Shown here piece by piece: positions 40,389 through 50,117 of a stretch of 64,000 nucleotides of DNA. The DNA comes from an uncultured Acidobacteriaceae bacterium (GTDB taxonomy: Bacteria; Acidobacteriota; Terriglobia; Terriglobales; Acidobacteriaceae), in assembly GCA_963831675.1 (NCBI GenBank), contig CAWHRM010000011.1, positions 43,754-107,753 of the forward strand, read 5' to 3'. Under the pieces are notes generated by a model. The model was given only the letters and a program-made list of their open reading frames with translations, was not told the DNA's origin and did not search any database. The position numbers and the translations under genes are program-made. Every line of letters begins with the position of its first letter. Position 1 is the first letter of the stretch.

Positions 40389-40617
40389 GGTAAATTATTT
40401 ATAATGTTAAGGTTACACTCATTTCGGCGCGCTATCGTTCGTTCCGAACAAAAGACTTGGGGATGGGGGGTTCTGGCAACAGGATTCCAGCGGAAAACCG
40501 TCTCCATTTGCGCGGCGGAACGAACTCGTTGGGCTTAGCGTATTCTCAACAGCGTTGCAATCGTTCCGCATTGTTCACCGTCAAACGTATTGCTCCAGAG
40601 CTCGAAAGGAGACCTAC

Positions 40618-42508
40618 ATGCGCTTGGTCGCACTCGTTCTTTGCCTGTTCTATGCTGTTCAGATGATCGCCGCACCTGTAGATGTTGACGCCCGCCAGAA
40701 ACAGTTGAATGCCCTGATTTCCGAGCTGTGGGAATGGAACATGCAACAGAACCCGGTTTACGCTTCGATTCTGGGCGATAAGCGCTACAACGACCAGCTT
40801 GGCAGCGCTTCCGAAAAGACCACCCTGGAGCAACAGGCGAAGGAGAAGACAATTCCTCACGCGCTTCGAGGCGATCGATGCTACTGGCTTGCCGCATCAG
40901 GACGTACTTAACCGCGAGCTGGAGATTCGTGGGCTCAAGGAAGACATCGAGGCCACTGATTTGAAGCTGTGGCAAATGCCGGTCAACCAGATGAACGGCA
41001 TCCACATTGACGCGCCGCAGTTGGTGACCGTGCTCTCGTTCCAGACGGTCAAAGATTATGACGACTACATTTCGCGCCTGCGGCAACTGCCGCGCATCTT
41101 CGACGAAGAAACCGCCAACATGCGCAAAGGCATGGCCGATGGATTGATGCCGCCGAAGTTTCTGCTGGAAAAAGTGGTGGACCAGACCAACGGAATTGCT
41201 ACACTGGCGCCGGACAAAACCCCTTTCGCGCAGCCCTTCGAGAACTTTCCGGCAAGCTTTTCCGACGCTGACAAGACCCGCCTGAAGACCGCTGGGTTGG
41301 CAGCCATCAAGAACGATGTTCTGCCGGCTTACGCTAAATTCGCGACCTTCGTGAAGGACGAATACGTTCCCAAGGGCAGAAGCGAGGTGGGAGTCTGGTC
41401 TCTGCCCAACGGCGACGCCATTTATGCCTTTGAGGTGAAGAAATCCACCACCACCAATAAGACGCCGGAAGAGATCCACCAGATTGGATTGCAACAGGTG
41501 GCGGAGATCGAGAAGCAGCAGTTGGCCATCGCCAATCACCTCGGGTTCAAGGACCTGAAGTCGTTCCGCGAGTCGGTCAAGGCGAACCCCAAACTGTACG
41601 CGCAGTCGCGCGAGCAGATTCTCGACCTCTACCGGAAATATTTGGCGCAGATGAAGCCCGAACTGCCGAAGTTGTTTGGACGGCTGCCGAAAGGCGACTT
41701 GGTCGTGATGCCGGTGGAACCGTTCCGCGAGAAGGACGCTCCGGGGGCGCAATATGTCCCGGGTACACCGGACGGTTCGCGGCCCGGGCATGTCGAGGTG
41801 AATACCAGCGAGCCGGAAAAGCGGACGATCATCAGCATCGAGTCGACGGCCTATCATGAGGGCGTTCCGGGCCACCACTTGCAAGGCACGATCGCACAGG
41901 AGGTCACCGGCCTGCCGCCGTTCCGGCAACACGCCTGGTACGGCGCTTATGGCGAAGGCTGGGCGCTCTACTCCGAACGGCTGGGCAAAGAGGTGGGATT
42001 CTATCAAGACCCGTTCAGCGACTTCGGCCGGCTGGAAGACGAGATGCTGCGCGCCATTCGGCTGGTGGTCGATACCGGCCTGCATTACAAGCACTGGACG
42101 CGCGAGCAGGTGGTGCAGTATTTCCATGACCACTCGGCGATCGACGAGCCCAACGTGCAGTCCGAAACCAACCGCTACATTTCCTGGCCGGCTCAGGCTC
42201 TCTCCTACAAGATGGGCCAATTGAAAATCCTGGAGCTGCGCGCGCGGGCACAACAGCAACTTGGGAGCCAGTTCGATATTCGCGAATTCCACGACCAGGT
42301 GGTTGATTCCGGCGCTTTGCCGCTCGACGTGCTGGAGGAGCAGATCGACGTGTGGATCGCGCAGAAGAAGGCGGCGGCGAAAGCCGAACTAAGGAAGCCA
42401 GAACATGGACATCTATTTCTTGCGTCACGCCAGCGCTGGCCAGTACGACCCTGCGAAGAACGACGACAAGCGGCCCATCGACAAGGCGGGCGAGCAGCAA
42501 TCGCATGA
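40618..42508 (+). pseudogene. DUF885-family secreted protein, frameshifted near the 5-prime end
   Basis: MRLVALVLCLFYAVQMIAAP...WEWNMQQNPVYASILGDKRYNDQLG...QQAKEK, then a shift near 40848 into ORF 40799..42508: QFLTRFEAIDATGL...AYHEGVPGHHLQ... The 3-prime end is uncertain because the frame runs 104 nt into sixA, and a TAA in the +1 frame sits just before the sixA Shine-Dalgarno sequence. Confidence 0.75.
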
Positions 42509-42932
42509 CATGGGACGTGCGCTGTCGGCGCTCGATCTCAAGCTCGACGTCATCCTCTCCAGCCCGTTGACTCGCGCCATGCAGACCGCCGAGATCGCCG
42601 CCGCGGAACTGGGGCACAAGGACAAGGTTGTTACTGACCCAGCGCTGCGTCCGGAAGCAAGCTACGAGGAGTTCGAAAATCTGCTGGCGCGCCATGGGAA
42701 GAAGAAGGCGATCATGGTGGTCGGTCACAATCCCAGCATGACGGATTTCCTGACTCGTATTCTGTCCGGCGATTCGGCCGGGTTCATCGATTTCAAAAAA
42801 GGAGCGGTTGCGAAGGTCGAGCGAGACGGCCGCCAGCTCGCGGTGCTGAAGTGGTATATGACTCCGAAGGTAGTGCGCGCGATTCAGCAGGCTTCGGCCA
42901 GCAGCTCACGGCCGAAGACAGTCTCGAAGTAA
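42405..42932 (+). CDS. sixA: phosphohistidine phosphatase SixA
   Basis: MDIYFLRHASAG (RHA catalytic motif), ILSSPLTRAMQTAEI and VGHNPSMTDFL. Confidence 0.8.
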   Translation: MDIYFLRHASAGQYDPAKNDDKRPIDKAGEQQSHDMGRALSALDLKLDVILSSPLTRAMQTAEIAAAELGHKDKVVTDPALRPEASYEEFENLLARHGKKKAIMVVGHNPSMTDFLTRILSGDSAGFIDFKKGAVAKVERDGRQLAVLKWYMTPKVVRAIQQASASSSRPKTVSK

Positions 42933-44419
42933 TCCCTTTCCTGTTCGACCGCCCACAGCTCCAGTTCGATGGCTTCGGGCGCGTTTGGCTTCAGCATGAG
43001 GCGCACGCGGCCGTCCTGATGGACGCGCACCTGCAACTCACGCACCGCGGCGCGGCGCCCCTGGTCCAGAGCGCGAGCCAGGCGCAACAGAGCCACCGCT
43101 TTCGGAACATTGATCTGGTCGGCTGCCGGCAACAAGGGAAGGATGCGATCGGTGGGAGAGGGCAGCGACTTACCGATGTAGCGCGTTATGGATGCGATGA
43201 TGCGGCGCTGCAGCGGCGTGTAGCCGAAAATCTCCGAGTGCGCGATGACATAGTAAGTGTGTCGCCGGCGGCCCGAGCGATTGATGTACGCGCCTACCTC
43301 GTGGAGCATGGCCGCCGCTTCCAGCCAATCGGCATACTGCGGCGGCAACTGATGTATCGCGTGCAGCCGCCGGAAGAGCTGCATGGCAAGATCGCGAATG
43401 CGCTGCGCAAAGGTCAGATCGGCGCCGTAATGCTTGGCCGATGCGATCAGGGCATCGTGCCGCTCCGACTCCACGCGTTCGCGCATGGCCGCGCTGCCGT
43501 TGTAATCGGCCATCATCTGCGCCAGCAGGCCATCGCGCAGGCCCAGAGGCAAATAGCGGAAGCTGCGCAGATTGCACAGTTGCATGAGTTCCGCAAAGAC
43601 CATGGCGCCGGCGATGATGATTTCCGCGCGGCGCGGTCCGATACCGGGCAGCGCCCGCCGTTGCTCCAGGTTACGGCGGCTCAGTTCCTTCAACCACTTC
43701 ACCACCGCATCCTGGGGAACGGTCTGAGGTTTGCTGTCGTTGTAGCCCGCGGCCTTCGCAGCATAAAGACTTGCGAGGGCCGCGGGCGTACCCGAGGTGG
43801 CAATGCTGATCTGCAGCTTGGAGTGCGTGATTCGCTTTCGAATGCGCGAGATTTCACGTTGGATGATTCCACGCATCTGCTCCAATTCCTTTTTCTTGGG
43901 AGGATCGTGGTGCAGGAACGTCTGGGTGAGGCGTACCGCTCCGATGGGCAGGCTGATCATGTCATCAATGTGCCCGGCGATGGAGAGCGTGAGCTCGCAA
44001 CTACCACCGCCGAGGTCAATGAGCAGCGCGCGGCTGTGAGCAATGCGGGCGTTGGAGAGAATACCAAGGTGGATGAGACGTCCCTCTTCCAGGCCGGAGA
44101 TGACCTCAACCCGCCAGCCGGTGGCGGTGCGCACCCAGTCGAGGAACGCGCGACTGTTCTTGGCGTCACGCAGGGCGCTGGTAGCTACCACGCGCACGCG
44201 GTCGGCGGCGTGTTCCTGCGCAGCCCTATGAAAGCGACGCAGCACCTGCAGCGTGCTCGACATCGCCTGCGGATCCAGCATTCGATTGGCGAAGACGCTT
44301 TCGCCCAGCCGCGTGACCTCGCGGTCCTCGTGAAGAGTTTCCAAGCGTCCGCGAACCGTCTTCGCTATTTTCAGGCGGACCGAGTTGGATCCAATGTCAA
44401 CCGCAGCGAATGTGGGCAT
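42884..44419 (-). CDS. ppx: exopolyphosphatase / guanosine pentaphosphate phosphohydrolase (Ppx/GppA family)
   Basis: FAAVDIGSNSVRLKIA, LLIDLGGGSCELT and a C-terminal HD-like region (HSEIFGYTPLQRRIIASITRYIGKS). Intact over 511 aa. Confidence 0.85.
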   Translation of the reverse strand: MPTFAAVDIGSNSVRLKIAKTVRGRLETLHEDREVTRLGESVFANRMLDPQAMSSTLQVLRRFHRAAQEHAADRVRVVATSALRDAKNSRAFLDWVRTATGWRVEVISGLEEGRLIHLGILSNARIAHSRALLIDLGGGSCELTLSIAGHIDDMISLPIGAVRLTQTFLHHDPPKKKELEQMRGIIQREISRIRKRITHSKLQISIATSGTPAALASLYAAKAAGYNDSKPQTVPQDAVVKWLKELSRRNLEQRRALPGIGPRRAEIIIAGAMVFAELMQLCNLRSFRYLPLGLRDGLLAQMMADYNGSAAMRERVESERHDALIASAKHYGADLTFAQRIRDLAMQLFRRLHAIHQLPPQYADWLEAAAMLHEVGAYINRSGRRRHTYYVIAHSEIFGYTPLQRRIIASITRYIGKSLPSPTDRILPLLPAADQINVPKAVALLRLARALDQGRRAAVRELQVRVHQDGRVRLMLKPNAPEAIELELWAVEQERDYFETVFGRELLAEAC

Positions 44420-44687
44420 GCCAAGTCAGGGAGAGAATATCAGCTTGTAACCTTGCATTAACAAACTGGCCCGGAAAGTTGGAGACACCTGACTGCTATA
44501 TTCGAGACATGCCTTCGGGCACAACCTCGATGCAGGCCGTATTCGCTCGTCCACGACGACTGGCGTGACGCTGCTATCGGATCGCTCAGAAGGGCCCCGT
44601 GGAATCGCCAACTGGATTGCAGGCGGTCTTTGAATGCCGGGCCGAGAGGTAAGAGCGGCCGACGAGGCTAAATCATCAAAGCGTTTT

Positions 44688-46068
44688 ATGACCAAGCAGG
44701 TCGAAGAATCCGAACAGGAGAGTCTGCGCTCGGTTTTGGAGGAGGAGAAGCAGGAATTTGCGCGGCCAGCCTCCCGCCGCTCCCGACTGGCGCTGGCAGT
44801 GCGTGCTCTGCAGCACCGGAATTTCCAGTTGTTCTTTGCCGGTCAGCTCATCTCGCTGATCGGCACCTGGATGCAGACCGTCGCCCAGTCGTGGCTGGTC
44901 TATCGCATGACCGGGTCTGCGCTGCTGCTGGGCGCGGTTGGATTTGCCAGCCAGATTCCTGTCTTCATCATGGCGCCGATCGGAGGTATCGTTGCCGATC
45001 GCCACAATCGCCGCCGGGTTGTAATCGGCACGCAGATGGCCTCCATGATCCTGGCCGCGATCCTGGCGGCGCTGACTCTTACCGGCCGGGTGCAGGTGTG
45101 GCAGATCATGGTGCTGGCTGCGGGTCTCGGCGTGGTGAACGCGTTCGACATTCCAGCGCGGCAGGCATTTCTGATCGACATGGTGGGCAGGGAAGACCTG
45201 CTGAATGCCATCGCGCTGAACTCTTCCATGTTCAACGGCGCCCGCATCATCGGACCGGCGATTGCGGGAATTCTGGTGGCGTCCATCGGCGAAGGCTGGT
45301 GCTTCTTCGCCAACGCGGTCAGTTACATCGCAGTCATCGTCGGCCTGCTGCTGATGCGCATCAAGCACGCGGCAAATCTGGCGCACCAGGGCTCGCCGCT
45401 GGAAAACATCATCGAGGGATTTGCCTTTGCGCGCAATACCGGGCCCATCCGCGCGATTCTGCTGCTGCTGGGGCTGGTGAGTTTCGTCGGCATGCCTTAC
45501 GCCGTGCTGATGCCGGTGTTCGCCGATCAGATCCTGCACGGCGGCGCCCGAGGACTTGGCATTCTGATGGGCGCGACCGGCGTGGGCGCTTTGCTGGGAG
45601 CGGCCAGCCTGGCGGCGCGCGTCGGGCGTGAAGGGACTAGGCAAGCTGATCGCAATCTGCGCGGGAGGATTTGGCGTCAGCCTGATTCTATTTGCGTTCT
45701 CGAGGATGTTCTGGCTGTCGACTGTGCTTCTGATTCCCGTGGGCTTCAGCATGATGGTGCAGATGGCGTCGTCCAACACGCTGATTCAGGCGATGACCCC
45801 GGACCGTCTCCGCGGCCGCATCATGTCGGTGTACTCCATGATGTTCATGGGACTGGCGCCATTCGGGGCATTGTCCGCGGGCGCACTCGCCCACCGCCTG
45901 GGAGCGCCGTGGACCGTGGCTCTGGGAGGAATGACATGCATCGCCGGCGCCATTATTTTCGGAATGCATTTGCCTTCGATTCGCGGACGGGCGCGCGAAC
46001 TGGTTCTGGAGCAGGGAATGACGGCAGGCGTTCCTGCGCAAGGGGCGACAGGCGGAGGATTATCTTAG
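44688..46068 (+). pseudogene. MFS transporter (MFS_3/EntS-like), one frameshift
   Basis: RNFQLFFAGQLISLIGTWMQTVAQSWLVY...ADRHNRRRV... A shift at ggg 45624-45626 leads into ORF 45628..46068 (KGLGKLIAICAGGFGVSLILFAF...). Confidence 0.8.
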
Positions 46069-46073
46069 GAGGT

Positions 46074-46114
46074 GGAGGAGGAGGAGGAGAAGAGGAGGAG
46101 AAGAGGAGGAGGAA
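46074..46114. repeat. 41-nt pure polypurine (GGA/GAG-rich) tract
   Basis: The tract reads ggaggaggaggaggagaagaggaggagaagaggaggaggaa and lies between the MFS stop and the antitoxin start. Confidence 0.9.
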
Positions 46115-46154
46115 CAAACTTGACCAACATAGTCATATTGGGTACGATAGCAGC

Positions 46155-46442
46155 ATGAAGACAGTGAAAATCAGCGACTTGAAGGCTCAACTCAGCGCCC
46201 ATCTCCAACACGTGCGTGATGGGGAAGAGGTCCTGGTTTGCGACCGTAATAAGCCGGTGGCGCGCATCGTACCCATCCGCCTGGAAGATTACTCCCAGCA
46301 AGAGCAGCGGCTGATCGCGCGAGGGATTCTTAAGCCGCCATTGAAGCGGCGACCTGCTCGAAGTTCATGGCCGGAGCCACCGGGTAATGTTTCCGATGAG
46401 ATCATGGACCAGGTATGGCGGCAAGAGCGAGAAGGCCGGTGA
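46155..46442 (+). CDS. Phd/YefM-type antitoxin (VapB-like partner)
   Basis: MKTVKISDLKAQLSAHLQHVRDGEEVLVCDRNKPVARIVP. Its stop overlaps the start of the PIN gene in GTGA. Confidence 0.8.
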   Translation: MKTVKISDLKAQLSAHLQHVRDGEEVLVCDRNKPVARIVPIRLEDYSQQEQRLIARGILKPPLKRRPARSSWPEPPGNVSDEIMDQVWRQEREGR

Positions 46443-46873
46443 TCCGGCCTTCGGCATTTTGGGACGCGAGTGCTTTGGTTCCCCTCTGTATTCGCCAACC
46501 GGCTACGCGTCGTGCCATCGCCGCTTATAATAGTTACGAAGTCGTTGTCTGGTGGGCTACCGCTGTCGAGGTCTCAAGCGCATTCGCCCGGCTGGTGCGA
46601 ATGAAGCAACTTGACGCCAGCGATTGGAGCAAAGCTCGCTTGCGGGCCAAGGGTCTCGGAGATTCCTGGTTCGTCATTCAGCCAACGGAAAGACTGCATA
46701 GAAAGGCCGTCGAGATTGTGGAGGCTTACGACTTGCGCGCAGCAGACGCGCTACAGTTGGCGGCCGCGGTTGAGTGGTCGGAAAACCGACCCCAAGGCCG
46801 TACCTTTCTCACCTCAGACCACAAACTCGGTGAAGCCGCACGGTTCATCGGCTTCGATGTCAAGCAAATCTGA
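46439..46873 (+). CDS. vapC: PIN-domain toxin
   Basis: FWDASALVPL (first acidic residue), ...AYDLRAADALQLAAA..., ...FLTSDHKLGEAA. The GTG start at 46439 overlaps the antitoxin TGA (46440-46442). Confidence 0.8.
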   Translation: MIRPSAFWDASALVPLCIRQPATRRAIAAYNSYEVVVWWATAVEVSSAFARLVRMKQLDASDWSKARLRAKGLGDSWFVIQPTERLHRKAVEIVEAYDLRAADALQLAAAVEWSENRPQGRTFLTSDHKLGEAARFIGFDVKQI

Positions 46874-46888
46874 TTGCTGCGTTCGCTC

Positions 46889-47797
46889 CTACTGTGGTGG
46901 CGCCTGCTGGCGTGTGGACGGTTTGTGAGCAGCACCGCTGGCAGTGACTCCCAAACGACGAAGGCGGTCGCGCGCCTGGGACGCTTCGATCGAACGCGGA
47001 TAGCGCGCGATCAGGCTGTTCAATTCGCGAACGCCGGCGTCACGCTGCCCAAGTTCCAGCAGGGCATAGCCTTTCTTCAATTGCGCAGCGGCTGCCTTGT
47101 TGCCGCCCGGGATATTGCTCCAGCACCTTGTCGTAATCCTTTGCCGCGGCTTCGAAGTTGCCTTGGCGATACTCGATGTCGGCGAGCATAGAACTGTGCG
47201 TTGCCGGCCAGATCGGTATTCGAGTAATACTTTAAGTAATCGCCGAATTCCGTGAAGCCAGATCGTATTTGCCGGAGTTGTAGTCGCGCAGTGCGTTGTT
47301 GTAGAGCGTGTCCGGCGGGGGCGCATTGGGATTGGGCATCGCGCCGCCGGGAGCGGGCCGGTCCTCCCGGAGCTGCGGTCATTCCCGGCTGACCGGCAGC
47401 CAGGTTCTGGCCACCTTGCTGCATGTCGTCGAGCTGCTTGCTGACCTTCGCCAGGCGCGACTTCAGCTCATCGACCGAGTCGTGCAGCGACTGTACCTGG
47501 CCGGAGAGCTGATCGATGGCGCCCATTGCTGTCGCTGATCTGGCCTTGCATCTTGTTCTGCAGATCGTTGACCGCAGCGTTCATCTTGTTGACGCTGTCG
47601 GCGCTCTGCTCGATCAGGTTGCGCATCGCGCCCATGTTCATGTCGATGGACTGCTGCATGCGCGCGACCTGGTCCTGCAACGCCTGGACCTGGGTTTGCA
47701 GTTGGATGATTTCCTTGCTGACGGCGAGGCAGGGGTCGCCGTCGCCAGGATGAGCAGCGACCGGCCAGCCAGATTAGAAGTAGTTTCGAATTCGCAT
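46889..47797 (-). pseudogene. cpoB: Tol-Pal system protein YbgF/CpoB, multiple frameshifts
   Basis: The coiled-coil part is QVQALQDQVARMQQSIDMNMGAMRNLIEQSADSVNKMNAAVNDLQNKMQGQ (ORF 47468..47680), continuing as AIDQLSGQVQSLHDSVDELKSRLAKVSKQLDDMQ (47077..47526). TPR parts FGDYLKYYSNTDLAGNAQFY and ...AAAAQLKKGYALLELGQRDAGVRELNSLIARYP (46889..47326) lie in different frames. Confidence 0.75.
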
Positions 47798-47936
47798 AAA
47801 TCGTGTCCTGTTCCTTGAGATTGCTCCTGATGAAAAGACTACACCACCGGGATAAGGTCACTCCGCGAGAAGCGTCGTTTGACAAGAGGGCGGTCGACGC
47901 GAGCATCGTCCCTGCCCCGATGAATCAACCCCTCGG

Positions 47937-48657
47937 CTATTGCTGATACACAAAGTGCGCCGCGGCGGTTCTGCTGCCAGCACGACTCGGTGCTCTCGGT
48001 GCAGAACGGCTTTTCCTTGCCGTAGCTGATGGTGCGGATGCGGTCGCCGGAAATGCCCAACTGACACCAGCGCCTGCTTGGTCGCGTTGGCGCGGTTGTC
48101 GCCCAGCGCCAGGTTGTACTCGGTCGAGCCGCGCTCGTCGCAGTGTCCCTCGATGGTGAACTTGATGTTGGGATGCTGCTGCAGGAAGCGCGCGTCCGCC
48201 TGCAACACCTGCTGATACTGGGGCTCGATGTCGTAGCTGTCGTAGTCGAAGAACACGTCCTGCATGTTCTGCGCGAACATCTGCGCTTCGGTCTCGTTTG
48301 AGGCCTGGGCCGGCGGCGGAGGCGGAGGCGCACCGACGGTCACGCGCGCCGTCGCTTCCTGGGTCCCGGTGCGTTCTTCGCGACCAGGTGATAGGTCGTC
48401 GACTCGCTGGGCATCATCGCTGCGCGAGCCGCTGGGATCAACCTTGCCCAGTTGATCGATGGTGACATCGGTGGCGTACTCGGTGTTCCAGGTCAGCGTG
48501 GTAGCCTGGCCCGGAGTTAATGGTGTTGGGATTGGCGGTCAGCGAGGCCGTCGGAGCCGTGCGGTGGTGGCGGCGGAGGTGGCGGCGGTGGTGCAGCCTT
48601 CTTCTTGCCGCAGGCGCTCACGGCCAGAACAACGACCAGCGCGATGACGACCTTCAT
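47937..48657 (-). pseudogene. pal: peptidoglycan-associated lipoprotein Pal (OmpA-like C-domain), multiple frameshifts
   Basis: Lipobox MKVVIALVVVLAVSAC followed by a poly-Pro run. The OmpA domain reads VFFDYDSYDIEPQYQQVLQADARFLQQHPNIKFTIEGHCDERGSTEYNLALGDNRANATKQALV (ORF 47858..48343), then GISGDRIRTISYGKEKP (47839..48333). The expected end is QNRR-AHFVYQQ-TAG at 47939..47937 after removing one base. Confidence 0.75.
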
Positions 48658-48755
48658 CCATTGACTGCTGTGTAAGCTTCAACTCTTCCTCCATTTCTTG
48701 CGAGAGCACCCGCATCAGTTCACAAGAGGGCCGAAGTGTGCTCCTTCCGTCGCCC

Positions 48756-50108
48756 TTAAAAGGCTACTTGAAACTCCAATTCGGCTGCGAATTTTCCCCT
48801 CCGGCCGTCAGCTGGCCGGAGCTCGCTGCCATCGGCCAGCATGCTGTAGATCTGCATCTTTCCTCCGCGATTCGACTGGAACACGATATGCCGCCCGTCC
48901 GGCGACCACGATGGAAAGTCATTGCGCCCGCCGTCGTGCGTCAACTGCGCCCATTGTTTGCTGGCGATGTCCATCACGTAGATGTCGCTGGCGCCCGGCT
49001 CGCCCGGGCCGTAGTGCCGCACCCAGGCGAAGGCGAGAAACTGTCCATTGGGCGACCACGATGGCGACACCGCATAGCCCTGATCGGTCACGCGCACGGC
49101 GTTCGTTCCGTCCGATGCCATGGTGTAGATCTGCGGCAGTCCGGTGCGGCCGCTTACCCACGCGATCTGCGCGTTGGTCTTCGGGTTCCAGGTTGGCGAA
49201 ACATCCGGTCCCTTGCTCTCGGTCAGACGGCGGGCGGTTCCTCCTGCCGAACCAACGGTGTAGATCTCGGTGTTGCCGCTGCGCGAGGACGAGAACGCAA
49301 TATTCTGTCCGTCGGAGGACCATGCCGGCGAATAGTTGTCGCCGCCGAAATGCGGAAACGTGACCAGCCGGCCCAGCTCCAGCGAGTACATCAGGATCTG
49401 CCAGCCTTCCTTGGTCACGCCGGAAAAGGCAACGCGCGAGCCGTCGGGTGAAACATGCGGCGAAAGCGCGATCGAGCCCAGATGGGTGAGCTGCTTCTGG
49501 TTGGCGCCGTCGTAATCCATCTGCCAGATTTCTTTCGAGCCGCTGCGGTTGCTGACGAAGTAGATCTTGGTCTCAGCGATTCCCGCGATGCCGCCGCCCA
49601 GGCGGAAGATGATTTCGTTGGCGAAGCGGTGCGCAATCAGGCGCGCGTTGGCGTCGCTCGCCTCCTCGCGATATTGCTTGCCCAGCACCTGCGGAGACTG
49701 CGCATTCTTGGTGTCATACAGCCAGCCCTGGACGCTGATTGAGCCGCCCTGAACTCCTACATTGCCGAACGCCAGCATGTTGGCATTCGGTGGTGGGTTG
49801 CCCCAGTCCACAAGATGTACCTCTTGCGGAGCGCCGGGGGTCGACAAGGGATAGAAGCTCTTCGAGACCATCTCGAAGATTCCGGCGAACTGCAGGTCGT
49901 TCCACAGGGTCGTGTTGAAGGTCGAGGCCAGATTCTGCGTCTCGGAATCGTTGCTCACCAGCTTGAAGTCCGGCACGGCGAGACGGATCTTCTCGACTCC
50001 CAGGCCAGTGCCGGTGCGAATCCAGTCCTGGGCGAAACCGTTGAAGGAAGAAAACAGTAACAGCGCGAACAAGATTGCGGCGAATCGTTTGGTCATCGGC
50101 AATTCCAT
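48756..50108 (-). CDS. tolB: Tol-Pal system beta-propeller protein TolB
   Basis: Signal peptide MTKRFAAILFALLLFSSFNGFAQ, an N-terminal TolB domain and repeated PxWSPDG propeller blades (SPHVSPDG, SPAWSSDG, SPSWSPNG, FPSWSPDG). Intact. The start could be ATG 50096. Confidence 0.9.
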   Translation of the reverse strand: MELPMTKRFAAILFALLLFSSFNGFAQDWIRTGTGLGVEKIRLAVPDFKLVSNDSETQNLASTFNTTLWNDLQFAGIFEMVSKSFYPLSTPGAPQEVHLVDWGNPPPNANMLAFGNVGVQGGSISVQGWLYDTKNAQSPQVLGKQYREEASDANARLIAHRFANEIIFRLGGGIAGIAETKIYFVSNRSGSKEIWQMDYDGANQKQLTHLGSIALSPHVSPDGSRVAFSGVTKEGWQILMYSLELGRLVTFPHFGGDNYSPAWSSDGQNIAFSSSRSGNTEIYTVGSAGGTARRLTESKGPDVSPTWNPKTNAQIAWVSGRTGLPQIYTMASDGTNAVRVTDQGYAVSPSWSPNGQFLAFAWVRHYGPGEPGASDIYVMDIASKQWAQLTHDGGRNDFPSWSPDGRHIVFQSNRGGKMQIYSMLADGSELRPADGRRGKFAAELEFQVAF

Positions 50109-50117
50109 AAGTGCGCA

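Noticed and set aside
42405-42508. A 104-nt same-strand overlap between DUF885 and sixA, considered as a possible programmed overlap.
   Set aside because: A missed indel near the DUF885 3-prime end is more likely. A +1-frame TAA sits immediately before the sixA AGGAAG Shine-Dalgarno sequence, which would be the natural gene boundary.
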